From: Chloroflexota bacterium
Lineage (GTDB): Bacteria > Chloroflexota > Anaerolineae > J036 > Brachytrichaceae
NCBI GenBank assembly: GCA_021788625.1
Contig: JAJYKL010000011.1
Span: forward strand, 2,200 to 66,199
Length of the DNA: 64,000 bases
Direction of reading: 5' to 3'
Part shown: piece by piece, positions 46,894 through 56,373 of the stretch
How the letters are laid out: each line of letters opens with the position of its first letter
How positions within the stretch are numbered: position 1 is the stretch's first letter
Position numbers and translations under genes: made by a program
The notes under the pieces: generated by a model
Databases searched by the model: none
Seen by the model: the letters and a program-made list of their open reading frames with translations, nothing else
What the model was told of the DNA's origin: nothing

Positions 46894-48252
46894 TCAGCTT
46901 TTCGCGAATTCGTCGATTAGTGCGCCGATGTAGCGCATACCATCGTAATAGTTTTGCAGGGGGATATTTTCGTTAGGTGAGTGCACCCGCGCGTCGCTGT
47001 GTGAGATGCCTGCACTGACCACTGGCACACCGCCGATAAACGACGACAGCGACCACATGGGTCCACTCCCTGGCGAATTGGGGATCATCACCGGAGTCTG
47101 CCCGTAAATGCGCTTTGCAGCGCGTTCAGCAGCTTTGACTATGGGTGCTTCCACGTCGCAGAACTCGGCGCGGTAACCATCGTAACTGACGATCTCCACG
47201 TCCGTAAAACCGGAGCGGTCCAGATGCTTACGCAACAGGTCTACTACGATGTCGGGGGTCAGGTCCGGCACCAGGCGGAAATCCACCTTGGCGGTCGCTT
47301 CAGCCGGTAGAACGGTCTTGGTGCCCATGCCCTGCCAGCCACTTGTCAATCCACATACAGTGGCTGTCGGTGCGAAGTACAAAGCCTTGAGCGCGTCCAG
47401 TCCGGAGCGGCCTTTGAGGAATTCGTGGATACCCCATTTATTCTTGATCTCTTCTTCCTCCATGGGAATGTGCTGCAGCATCTCCATTTGAGCGGCAGAA
47501 GGCTCGCGCACATACTTCATATAACCGTCGATGAGAATGTTCTCCTGATTGTCCTTGATTGAATTGAGCGCCCACACCAGGCGCCAGGCGGCATCTGGTG
47601 CGAGCGGCGCCCTGGAAGAATGCAGGTCGTGGTCCACTGCTTTTACACGCAGTTGCACGTAGCAAATGCCCTTGACACCCATGGTGAGCTCGAAGCGACC
47701 TTTTTCGTCGAATCCTCCTCCTTCCCACAGACAGCCATTACTTTTCAGCATGCCCTGGTGCTGCTCCACCCATTGATGCAGGTGAACGCTACCCACCTCC
47801 TCCTCGCCTTCCACAAGCCACTTTATTTTTAACGGTAGTGCACCCTGAGTGGCCTTCCAGGCTTCCACGGCATGGATGCGTGTTACCAGTTCTCCCTTGT
47901 CATCTGATGCACCACGCGCATAGATATGGCCGTTGCGCACGGCCGGCTCGAACGGCGGCGTCTCCCACAATTCAAGCGGCTCGGCAGGTTGTACATCATA
48001 GTGGTTGTAGATGAGGAGCGTTTTATCCCCTTCCCCCAGTTCAGCCCATACCACTGGCGCGCTATCAGGGGTGGTGGGGATGATTTGCACGTCGGCACCC
48101 AATGTGGCGAAGCGGCGTGCCACCAGGGCAGCCATCTCGGTGATGCCCTGGCCAGTGGCAGCCACACTGGGCTGGCGCAGAAAGTCCTTGTAATCTTCCA
48201 GCAGACGCTCGCGATTCTGCAGAAGGTACGTATCAAAGGTGTGTGTATTCAT
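46894..48252 (-). CDS. M20-family dipeptidase/deacylase (ArgE/DapE/CPG2 family)
   Basis: LLIYNHYDVQPAEP, ARGASDDKG, EGEEEVGS and VHSPNENI motifs. Confidence 0.85.
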   Translation of the reverse strand: MNTHTFDTYLLQNRERLLEDYKDFLRQPSVAATGQGITEMAALVARRFATLGADVQIIPTTPDSAPVVWAELGEGDKTLLIYNHYDVQPAEPLELWETPPFEPAVRNGHIYARGASDDKGELVTRIHAVEAWKATQGALPLKIKWLVEGEEEVGSVHLHQWVEQHQGMLKSNGCLWEGGGFDEKGRFELTMGVKGICYVQLRVKAVDHDLHSSRAPLAPDAAWRLVWALNSIKDNQENILIDGYMKYVREPSAAQMEMLQHIPMEEEEIKNKWGIHEFLKGRSGLDALKALYFAPTATVCGLTSGWQGMGTKTVLPAEATAKVDFRLVPDLTPDIVVDLLRKHLDRSGFTDVEIVSYDGYRAEFCDVEAPIVKAAERAAKRIYGQTPVMIPNSPGSGPMWSLSSFIGGVPVVSAGISHSDARVHSPNENIPLQNYYDGMRYIGALIDEFAKS

Positions 48253-48394
48253 AGTGATCTCGATTGTAAGTCGAACCTCACCTCTCTCTGGAGAACTCGC
48301 CTTTCAGCGCGGAGAACGTGTGTGCCGCCTTACCTCAGGCGAGCGCACTTCCCGGTTGGTGTTCCCCGCTTTATTGATGTTCTGAAAGCAATGT

Positions 48395-49975
48395 TTAGGA
48401 GGAGGTCGAAAGGCGATCAGGATGCAGACTATCGAGCAGACCGATGTACACGCCCAGAAGCAGAAAAATGTTCGCTACGTAGAGATCGTCGACCCCCTGA
48501 TGTATGCTCAGATGTATCCACACGCCGAGGAGCCCCAGTGCAAGTGCTGGCACCAGATAAGCCGGTTGCACAGCCTGCCTCGTATCTCTTGCTGGATTTG
48601 CAGCTTTTACAAAGGTCTTCAGGGTCCGGTAGATAATCGCTCCCCATAGGAAAAGGTAAATCAGCAGGCCGAAGATTCCCGTCTCGGCCCAGATGTTCAG
48701 GTAGTAGTTGTGGGCGTGACCGAGTGCGACTGGCCAGTTTAGCGTACGATACTGGTTGTAGGCGGCGGCGTAATTACCAAAGCCAACGCCGAACCATGGG
48801 CGGGCGACGATCATATTCTCTGCTGCCTGCCAATGCGCCAAACGCTCGATTACCGAGTAATTTGCTGCACTGATGCTTACGCCCCGCACATCAAAGGAAC
48901 TGAATTCCTGGGTGAAATCGGTGAGCCGGTTGTATATAGCAGCAGGAAGAAGGTCGATCAAGTTGAATGTAAATAGAGCTATGACGACGATGGCGATTAG
49001 GGAAAGGCTCGCCAGTGGCTTGCGTAGCGCCACTATGAACATCACTATGACGGCCGCAATCGCAGCCAACCAGGCGCCGCGCGACCATGACAGTACCAGG
49101 GCAAACGCTCCCATCGCTGCCACGAGCAGGCTGAATGCTGCCAGTGCGTAATGTGGCAGGGCTGCACGGGTTGCGCGAAGAGGGCTATTGAATAACCGGA
49201 TCGACTCACGAAGTGAATAAAGGCCAAGGCCTGCCGCCAAAGGCCATGTAAGGCCCATGTAGCCACCAAATGGGTTGGGTTGTTCGAATGTGCCATAGGC
49301 CCGGTAATGAGTACCACTGATCAGAAACTCGACCGGGCCTGTACCGCGTAGCCCATACTGATATATGCCCAACCCGGATTCGAGAAAGACGGATAAGAGA
49401 ATCGCACTAAGCAGAAGTACACGCGTGCGCGGGTTCTCCCTGATTTGACTCAGCGTAAAGACGTAAACCGCCAGTACCTCAGCCCACTTTATGCACTCCT
49501 TGACCCACAACTCATACGAACGGGCGGCAAAAAACGAGAGAACACCAATACTCAGGAAAGCGAGCAGTGGCCAGATTAGCGATCCCGTACGCAACCCGGC
49601 CCGCCGTTGCACCAGCATGCGTGCAATCCAGGCCATGAGTGTAAGCGCCAGCAATGCTTGCCCGCTGGAGATGGGCAGATGAAACATGATCGACTCCAGC
49701 GGTTCGAATGGTCCAGCAATCAGCGTTAATGCCATGCCGAATGCCGGCTCGGCAACGATGACAGCGATTAGCGCCCCACTGATCAACGCGCCAATGAACA
49801 GCGCCAACGTGTTGAGCGGAAGTGCGGCAATTGCTATCCCAATCGCCAATGCGAGTACAAGAGGAATCCATCCTGCCAGTTGAAACGGCAAGCCCCTGTC
49901 ATGTAGGGAGAGAGAGACGTGCAGGTTCAAGTCATCCCCGCGTCTTCGAGCGAACCAACATGGTCCACGTCCCAC
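48395..49975 (-). CDS. O-antigen ligase/polymerase-like (Wzy_C domain) membrane protein
   Basis: At least 10 TM helices. WSRGAWLAAIAAVIVMF loop motif and HAHNYYLNIWAETG near the C-terminus. The start is uncertain: ATG 49975 overlaps the upstream gene by 44 nt, and an in-frame TTG at 49930 avoids that overlap. Confidence 0.6.
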   Translation of the reverse strand: MGRGPCWFARRRGDDLNLHVSLSLHDRGLPFQLAGWIPLVLALAIGIAIAALPLNTLALFIGALISGALIAVIVAEPAFGMALTLIAGPFEPLESIMFHLPISSGQALLALTLMAWIARMLVQRRAGLRTGSLIWPLLAFLSIGVLSFFAARSYELWVKECIKWAEVLAVYVFTLSQIRENPRTRVLLLSAILLSVFLESGLGIYQYGLRGTGPVEFLISGTHYRAYGTFEQPNPFGGYMGLTWPLAAGLGLYSLRESIRLFNSPLRATRAALPHYALAAFSLLVAAMGAFALVLSWSRGAWLAAIAAVIVMFIVALRKPLASLSLIAIVVIALFTFNLIDLLPAAIYNRLTDFTQEFSSFDVRGVSISAANYSVIERLAHWQAAENMIVARPWFGVGFGNYAAAYNQYRTLNWPVALGHAHNYYLNIWAETGIFGLLIYLFLWGAIIYRTLKTFVKAANPARDTRQAVQPAYLVPALALGLLGVWIHLSIHQGVDDLYVANIFLLLGVYIGLLDSLHPDRLSTSS

Positions 49976-50396
49976 GCTGTGTGACTTTTGCGTTCTGGTT
50001 TAGTAAAACGACCCTGAATACAACCCGCCCGTTGCCAAGCCGTGGGAAAGCCTTTGTCTCCACGACCTCCGCTTCCAGGTGCACCGTATCGCCAATGTAG
50101 ATCGGCAAAGTGAACTCCCACTCCAGACTCCGAAAGGCATCGGCTGTACCAATGATGAATCCCATTTGGAAGGCGAGACCACTGGCCACGCTGAGGCCCA
50201 GAAGCCCGTGGGCGATCCTTTTTCCAAATAAACCGTTGGAAGCAAAGGTTTCGCTGGTGTGTAGTTCGTTATAATCACCCGAAATACCGGCGAACGCCAC
50301 AATATCGCTTTCAGTAATGGTGCGCGTGGTCGACGAAGCTTTGTCGCCCACTACGAATTCTTCGAAGTACAGACCGTGCAGGATGTTGAGTGCCAT
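49932..50396 (-). CDS. MaoC-like (R)-specific enoyl-CoA hydratase, hot-dog fold
   Basis: ITESDIVAFAGISGDYNELHT and IAHGLLGLS motifs. Confidence 0.8.
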   Translation of the reverse strand: MALNILHGLYFEEFVVGDKASSTTRTITESDIVAFAGISGDYNELHTSETFASNGLFGKRIAHGLLGLSVASGLAFQMGFIIGTADAFRSLEWEFTLPIYIGDTVHLEAEVVETKAFPRLGNGRVVFRVVLLNQNAKVTQRGTWTMLVRSKTRG

Positions 50397-50536
50397 AGGG
50401 GGATTGTACGCGACCGCTTAATGGTGCTTGCAGCGTCACGTAGACCCGGGACGTTACGGATACCTGTCGAAAGACACAAGGGTCTCTTTAATCCATATGC
50501 TTGATGCAATGGACCTTAGTGCCAGGCTATAGCCCT

Positions 50537-51016
50537 CTAGGCGTTGGCTCTTCCGTTATTGCCCGGTACCAGACCGGCTGCCGACATGTAGCGCTTCAAG
50601 AGCTGGATCAATTGTTCTATGTCTTCAGGGGTCATCTTCAACAGAGTATCGTTTATATTCTGGCGCCGTTCTGATGTCACACGGCGGAGCAGATTGTGTC
50701 CATTCGAAGTGAGAGCCACATAGACTGCTCGCCGATCCTCATCGCTTCGCCTGCGTATAACCCATCCCTTTTCCACCAACCGATCGATAATACCAGTCAT
50801 CGTGGCAGACGACTGTTGAATGCGATCAGCCAGCTCGCTCATGCTGCACTCGGACCCTTTATTACTGAGTGCTAGCATGGAGAGATATTGCGCTACAGTT
50901 AAATCATACTGCGTAAGTTTTTCGGTCATTTGCTTATTGCCTAGCATGACCAAACTATCCAATAAGCCTTCGACAACGTGAGCCTGATTATCAATAGAGT
51001 TGTTAATACGTTCCAT
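50537..51016 (-). CDS. MarR-family transcriptional regulator
   Basis: Winged-HTH segment LTVAQYLSMLALSNKGSECSMSELADRIQQSSATMTGIIDRLVEKGWVIRRRSDEDRR. Confidence 0.85.
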   Translation of the reverse strand: MERINNSIDNQAHVVEGLLDSLVMLGNKQMTEKLTQYDLTVAQYLSMLALSNKGSECSMSELADRIQQSSATMTGIIDRLVEKGWVIRRRSDEDRRAVYVALTSNGHNLLRRVTSERRQNINDTLLKMTPEDIEQLIQLLKRYMSAAGLVPGNNGRANA

Positions 51017-51070
51017 TTGGGCCCTGATTATATCTATAATTCCAAACCTGTTATTTCATATAGCATTTCC

Positions 51071-52174
51071 ATGCCCATAACTAAACTGGTAATAAAAGTA
51101 GGGACGAGTACCTTAACGGCGGGTTCGGCACGCCTAAATCATAGGCGCATGCTGGAGTTGGCTCAGCAGATGGTTCAACTGCGAGAGGAGAAGCTGGATA
51201 TCATACTGGTTACCTCCGGTGCCATTGCTGCTGGCCTCGAACGGCTAAAGAACGTTCACCGCTCAACCACCCGATCGGTTCCTGTTAAGCAGATGCTGGC
51301 TGCCATTGGTCAGATGCACCTTATGAGAGCCTGGGAACAGGTGTTCGATATGTTTGATGTACCGGTTGCTCAGGTGCTCGTCACGCGAGCTGACCTGAGT
51401 GACCGCCGGCGCTACCTGAACGCACGGGACACATTGAATACGATTCTGGAGCACCAGGCGATACCCGTGATCAACGAAAACGATGCCGTGGCAACCGATG
51501 AAATCCGAGTGGGTGATAACGACAATCTATCTGCGCTCGTCGCAAACGTCGTTCATGCTGACATGTTGATAATCCTCACCGATATAGATGGTCTTTACAC
51601 TTCTGATCCGCATAAAGATACAACGGCGACACTGGTTCACGAGGTAACCCAAATGGACGACCGCATCTGGAGCCTCGCTGGTGCATCGCGCAACGGAATG
51701 GGCACTGGCGGGATGACAACTAAATTGCAAGCTGCAGACCTGGCGACAAGGTCAGGCGTGACAGTGATCATTGCGAACGGCGCCAAGCAAGGCGTACTTA
51801 TGGATGCCGCACATGGCTTACAAGTGGGCACACGATTCATGCCGACGGCCGACAAAATAGAAAGCCGAAAACTTTGGATACTGACCGAACGCACGGCAGG
51901 GGTGGTGGTCGTAGATAATGGCGCATCTCAGGCAGTGTGCGAAGGCAAGAGCCTGTTGCCTGTCGGCGTACGTGAGGTAATCAATGAATTCGAGCGCGGA
52001 GAAGTCGTTATCGTACGCAATTTACAGGGACGTGACATAGCACATGGCATAACACGCTATAGCTCAGCCGAAGCACGCCGTATCGCTGGGCGCAGGTCAA
52101 CTGACATTGTTAGTGTATTAGGCTTTGAGTATGCGTCCATGCTTATACATACCGATGATATGGTACTAATGTAA
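51071..52174 (+). CDS. proB: Glutamate 5-kinase with a PUA domain
   Basis: LVIKVGTSTLT, ILVTSGAIAAG, INENDAV and GTGGMTTKLQAA motifs. PUA tail VVVDNGA...GDIV-like. ATG at 51071; the track start is 50978. Confidence 0.9.
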   Translation: MPITKLVIKVGTSTLTAGSARLNHRRMLELAQQMVQLREEKLDIILVTSGAIAAGLERLKNVHRSTTRSVPVKQMLAAIGQMHLMRAWEQVFDMFDVPVAQVLVTRADLSDRRRYLNARDTLNTILEHQAIPVINENDAVATDEIRVGDNDNLSALVANVVHADMLIILTDIDGLYTSDPHKDTTATLVHEVTQMDDRIWSLAGASRNGMGTGGMTTKLQAADLATRSGVTVIIANGAKQGVLMDAAHGLQVGTRFMPTADKIESRKLWILTERTAGVVVVDNGASQAVCEGKSLLPVGVREVINEFERGEVVIVRNLQGRDIAHGITRYSSAEARRIAGRRSTDIVSVLGFEYASMLIHTDDMVLM

Positions 52175-52208
52175 ACAGCCTTGTAATACTGATCCGAAGG
52201 GGATTTAT

Positions 52209-53411
52209 ATGACTGACGTTAATAAATATGCGCTTGCCACCGATCGTGCTGCAAAATGGTTATTTAGCATGCTGGTCAAGCCGGATGGCTCGCTGGGGGT
52301 CTATGAGCGGTACAGGGTAGATAAACAACAGATAAACCATTGGGTACGCCCCGATTGCACCATGGAAGTCGCACGTTTTTTCCATGCTTATGGCAAATTC
52401 TGTGGAAGCCAGGAGTACGTCGATATCGCCCACCGTATGGTCGATTATGTACTATCACTACAGCGTGAAAAGGGCTATTTTCAGGGTTCATGGCCATTCT
52501 ATCGTTTCATCCCGCTTGATAGTAATGAAAAAGATATTGGCGACCTTGAGGCGCAGGAAGTAACCTTCCCCAATGACAACGGCAAAATAACTGAACGTCT
52601 GGTGTGGTTCTATCACCAGACAGGAGATGAAGTGTACGCGCAGGCTGCACGGCGTGCTCTTGACTATCTGGTAGCCATTCAGAGCTCCGACGGAAGCTTC
52701 TCGATGAATGATGCGGGAGATCAGCCTGCACTGAAAGGTGTGGATTTTGTGGCGTGGCCGACTTATGCATTGATAATGGGAGCCTGGTATTTTAGCGACC
52801 AAAAACTCCGCAACGCTGCCTTTAAGGGCCTTAACTGGATGCATGAGCAAATAACCGAGGGCGGGCGGATTCGCACAAGTTATGAAACTGCACACTCCGA
52901 AGGTTGGCGCCCGCCTTCTTCGGAGATTGCTTCTGCACTTAAAGCGTTTGCGTTTGTCGCGCGTTTTTCACAGTACATGGATGCCTGGAAGGGTATGATG
53001 GCACTGGCACAAGCGCTGATCGAGCTTCAGGACGAGAGCGGAGCAATTCGTGACTGCGACGAGAGCATGAAGGATGCTTCGCTGCAGAACAACCCCGATC
53101 TCACCGATCTGGTATATACCGACGGTTATGCGCTGCTGGCTTTTCAGGAGGCATTTCGCACCAATGGCCTTGAGAATTATCGCGTCGCTTATACGAAATT
53201 GGCTGATTTTCTGGTTGGTGTGCAATGCTGGGGAGAGTCAGAAAAAACAGATGGCAGCTGGCGTGGCAGTTATAGCTTGAAGCGCAAGCGTTGGTCCGGG
53301 CGAGCAAATCAGGGCAATGAATTGGACGAGGGAGGATTGTACTCAGCTTACACGGGTTGGAGTACGGCACCAATCGCGTACGGTCTGCTGCGCATGGTAA
53401 TGCCACGGTAG
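52209..53411 (+). CDS. Hypothetical protein, possibly alpha/alpha-toroid fold (prenyltransferase/squalene-oxidase-repeat-like)
   Basis: Recurrent helix-pair motifs followed by Q..DGS: YVLSLQREKGYF, YLVAIQSSDGSF, LIELQDESGAI and FLVGVQCWGESEKTDGSW. The fold assignment is an inference only. Confidence 0.4.
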   Translation: MTDVNKYALATDRAAKWLFSMLVKPDGSLGVYERYRVDKQQINHWVRPDCTMEVARFFHAYGKFCGSQEYVDIAHRMVDYVLSLQREKGYFQGSWPFYRFIPLDSNEKDIGDLEAQEVTFPNDNGKITERLVWFYHQTGDEVYAQAARRALDYLVAIQSSDGSFSMNDAGDQPALKGVDFVAWPTYALIMGAWYFSDQKLRNAAFKGLNWMHEQITEGGRIRTSYETAHSEGWRPPSSEIASALKAFAFVARFSQYMDAWKGMMALAQALIELQDESGAIRDCDESMKDASLQNNPDLTDLVYTDGYALLAFQEAFRTNGLENYRVAYTKLADFLVGVQCWGESEKTDGSWRGSYSLKRKRWSGRANQGNELDEGGLYSAYTGWSTAPIAYGLLRMVMPR

Positions 53412-53477
53412 ATTATTCTCCACCATTTTCAATTTGCATAGAAAGTTACTGGGGTTATGTAATGGAGACAGCAAGAT

Positions 53478-53816
53478 ATGAGAACACCGGCCGGTAAAGA
53501 GTGCCGGTATTACTTTGAAGACTATTACCGTGGACGCCAGAAGCAGGAGTGCCGGCTTCTGACGCAGAACCCCAACTCGGGGCGCTGGAAGCCGAGTCTT
53601 TGCAGGTCATGCCCTATACCCGACATTCAGCGTCAAAATGCCTGCCCTAATCTCGTGCTGGAAGCCAGGGTTCAGACATCCATGCTTGGCATGCGGCAGG
53701 AGGTGAAGGTGTTCGCGGTATGCACGCGCAAAATGGTTGAGGTGACTAATCCTGCGATAGGATGTGGCGAGTGTCACCTGGCCCAGCCTGTGGAGAAAAT
53801 ACTGAAGCAAGGCTAA
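53478..53816 (+). CDS. Hypothetical 8-cysteine protein (112 aa)
   Basis: Cys residues at positions 9, 25, 42, 45, 56, 82, 96 and 99, including the pairs CRSC and CGEC. I recognise no family. Confidence 0.45.
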   Translation: MRTPAGKECRYYFEDYYRGRQKQECRLLTQNPNSGRWKPSLCRSCPIPDIQRQNACPNLVLEARVQTSMLGMRQEVKVFAVCTRKMVEVTNPAIGCGECHLAQPVEKILKQG

Positions 53817-53838
53817 ACACAGTGAGTCTCCTTCAGCC

Positions 53839-54942
53839 ATGCTGACGATTTATAGTGAGCAACATCTTAATCACCACCCGGAGCTGGAGTTTTTCGAGGG
53901 TGAGTTAAGGCCCTACCAGGATTCGCCCGTACGCGTGCAATACATTCTCGACGCTCTGAAGCAGGCCGGCTTGGGCCAGGTCCATCCACCCGCAGATCAC
54001 GGCATTCAACCCATCATCGACGTACATGCTGAACAATACATTAGCTATCTACAGCACGCGTACCAGGACTGGGTTGCAGAGGGAGGTCTGGCGGCCGGTG
54101 TATACCCCGACACATTCCCGCACAGAAGTGGTTCACATCGGCCGGCTCGGACATCAGGGCTGGCAGGGTACTACTGTACCGATCTGACCGCGATCATAAC
54201 TGCAGGTACCTGGCAGGCTGCCTATGCGGCTGCGCAATGTGCGCTGACAGCAGCCGATGTAGTGCGATATGGTGCTCTACGAGGGAGTGCTGAAGGGCCA
54301 TGGGAAAGTGCCTGTTTCGCTTTATGCCGTCCACCCGGACATCACGCTGGATATGATTATTGCGGTGGATATTGTTTTCTCAACAATGCAGCCATTGCTG
54401 CCCAGGCACTCACTGGGATGGATACTGCGCCTACCAACAGCCCGAACGTAGGCGTCAAGGCAGCACGTCGCGTTGCAGTGCTGGATATCGACTTTCATCA
54501 TGGCAATGGGACGCAAGCCGTTTTTTACTCACGCGCTGACGTTTTGTATGTTTCACTCCATGCGGACCCAAATCGGCAATATCCATACTTCTCGGGGAGC
54601 GCAGACGAATGCGGCGAAGGCGAAGGGACTGGATACACGGTGAATTTCCCTTTACCGAAGGGCATAGACGACCAATCTTATCTGGCTGTACTGGATCGAG
54701 CCGAAGAGCGGATTGCGGCCATGCAACCGCATTACCTGGTGGTGTCTCTGGGAGTCGATACCTGCCTGGACGACCCATTAGGTGACTTCGCCCTGACTGA
54801 TAATGCATACCCCAGCATTGGCGAACGGCTTGCGCAACTTGGCCTTCCTACGGTGTTTATCATGGAAGGCGGCTACGCCAACCGGCAGTTAGGCCGGCAT
54901 GTGGTTGATGTGCTGAGTGGTTTCCAGTCCAACTACAATTAA
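53839..54942 (+). CDS. Histone deacetylase-family amidohydrolase (AcuC/acetylpolyamine amidohydrolase-like)
   Basis: CRPPGHHAG, DIDFHHGNGTQ and GGY motifs. Confidence 0.85.
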   Translation: MLTIYSEQHLNHHPELEFFEGELRPYQDSPVRVQYILDALKQAGLGQVHPPADHGIQPIIDVHAEQYISYLQHAYQDWVAEGGLAAGVYPDTFPHRSGSHRPARTSGLAGYYCTDLTAIITAGTWQAAYAAAQCALTAADVVRYGALRGSAEGPWESACFALCRPPGHHAGYDYCGGYCFLNNAAIAAQALTGMDTAPTNSPNVGVKAARRVAVLDIDFHHGNGTQAVFYSRADVLYVSLHADPNRQYPYFSGSADECGEGEGTGYTVNFPLPKGIDDQSYLAVLDRAEERIAAMQPHYLVVSLGVDTCLDDPLGDFALTDNAYPSIGERLAQLGLPTVFIMEGGYANRQLGRHVVDVLSGFQSNYN

Positions 54943-54970
54943 GCACCATCAAAACGAAGAGGAGCGAACG

Positions 54971-55786
54971 ATGTCTCAAGCAGATTTGAAGGGCAGATGG
55001 GCGTTGATCCTGGGCGCTTCCAGTGGGTTCGGAGCGGCAACGGCGCTCGAGCTCGCGCGCAACGGTGTGAATATCATCGGTTTGCATCTGGACCGTGGGC
55101 CTGCCCTGGAGGGTGTTAAGAAGCTGGTATCTGATCTGGAGAGCTTAGGCGTGCAGGCGCATTACATGAACATGAATATCGCCCGGGCCGAGAAACGCCA
55201 GGAGGCGATTGCCAGGATCAAGTCAATCCTGGCTGCCAGTCCACAAGGCCCGCAAATCCTGCATGTTGTAATGCATTCGGTTGCATTCGGCTCCTTGTTG
55301 CCGTTTGTCGGTGCAGACGAATCGAAGACGCTGGCCCAGGCTCAGGTTGAGATGACGCTGGATGTGATGGCCAATAGTCTGGTGTATTGGGTGCGAGACC
55401 TTTGGCGCGATGGTCTGCTGGGGCGGGGCAGTCGCGTATTTAGCATGACCAGCGCAGGCAGCGTGATGATGTTCGAGACCTACGGCGCGGTGTCTGCGGC
55501 CAAGGCAGCACTCGAATCGCACACCCGGCAGCTCGCGCTGGAATTGGCTAAGCATGGCGTGTTAGTGAACACCATCATGGCTGGCGTAACCGACACCCGT
55601 GCCTTACGCGCCATTCCGGGGAATGATAAGTTGATTGAGGGAGCTTTGCGCCGAAACCCCTCCGGCCGTCTGACTACGACAACTGATATAGCCAAGACCA
55701 TCCGGGCCTTGTCCGACCCGGAACTGCTTTGGATTAATGGTGCCACCATCGTGGTGGACGGGGGTGAGCTGATCTCAGGCGCGTAG
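54971..55786 (+). CDS. SDR-family oxidoreductase of the enoyl-reductase type (Y-x6-K)
   Basis: ALILGASSGFGAA dinucleotide motif and YGAVSAAK (Tyr-x6-Lys). The ATG at 54971 is preceded by GGAG. The track start is 54917. Confidence 0.7.
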   Translation: MSQADLKGRWALILGASSGFGAATALELARNGVNIIGLHLDRGPALEGVKKLVSDLESLGVQAHYMNMNIARAEKRQEAIARIKSILAASPQGPQILHVVMHSVAFGSLLPFVGADESKTLAQAQVEMTLDVMANSLVYWVRDLWRDGLLGRGSRVFSMTSAGSVMMFETYGAVSAAKAALESHTRQLALELAKHGVLVNTIMAGVTDTRALRAIPGNDKLIEGALRRNPSGRLTTTTDIAKTIRALSDPELLWINGATIVVDGGELISGA

Positions 55787-55829
55787 GCTTTCCGGCGGAC
55801 GCGGTGCCAGAACCATTTATGAGGTCTGT

Positions 55830-56354
55830 TTAGTCCAGACGTTCGTCACACGCCTCGCGTTGACCGCAGCCCCTGCAACGGCCTGGACTAAGGTGATCGC
55901 GCTGCGGACCGCCCGGCAGCGCGGCATGATGGCGCATCTGTTCGAGCAGTTTGAGCACCTCCGCCCGTAAGTCATCGGTGAATGCCACCTTATAGGTACG
56001 GTCCGCATAATGGATCAGACCATAGGGTGGGCAATGACCCAGCTGGTCTTCCACAAGCATGCAGTAAACCGCCAACTGCATGACATGTCCATCGCGTGGA
56101 GCCGGCGGTGCCAACCCGGACTTCACTTCAATGGGAATGATCGAGGTACCTTCGCGCACAAGATAATCAGGCATGCCGCTCAAATGATAACGAGCGGAAA
56201 ACAGTGAGTGTTCGTTGGGCTGCCAGGCGCCCGTATCCGAGTAGACAACCTGCCCGGGTGGCAACCCGCTACGCCCCTGCAGGGCGCGTGAGACACAGAC
56301 GAGCACCAGCGCCATGCCGAGCAGGAGAAGAATGACGCAAGTCCATCCAATCAT
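55830..56354 (-). CDS. Cas4-like PD-(D/E)XK nuclease with an N-terminal TM helix (orphan, no CRISPR/cas nearby)
   Basis: TM helix WTCVILLLLGMALVLVCV. Nuclease motifs GMPDYLV (D), IPIEVKSG (ExK) and QLAVY (QhxxY). C-terminal Cys triad CRGCGQREAC. Confidence 0.6.
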   Translation of the reverse strand: MIGWTCVILLLLGMALVLVCVSRALQGRSGLPPGQVVYSDTGAWQPNEHSLFSARYHLSGMPDYLVREGTSIIPIEVKSGLAPPAPRDGHVMQLAVYCMLVEDQLGHCPPYGLIHYADRTYKVAFTDDLRAEVLKLLEQMRHHAALPGGPQRDHLSPGRCRGCGQREACDERLD

Positions 56355-56373
56355 CGACGGCCATCCCCTGACG

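Noticed and set aside
47926-48636. A 236-aa plus-strand ORF spanning the M20 peptidase 5' end and the O-antigen-ligase-like 3' end.
   Set aside because: It lies antisense to two motif-supported genes, is Arg-rich and low in complexity, and has no motif.
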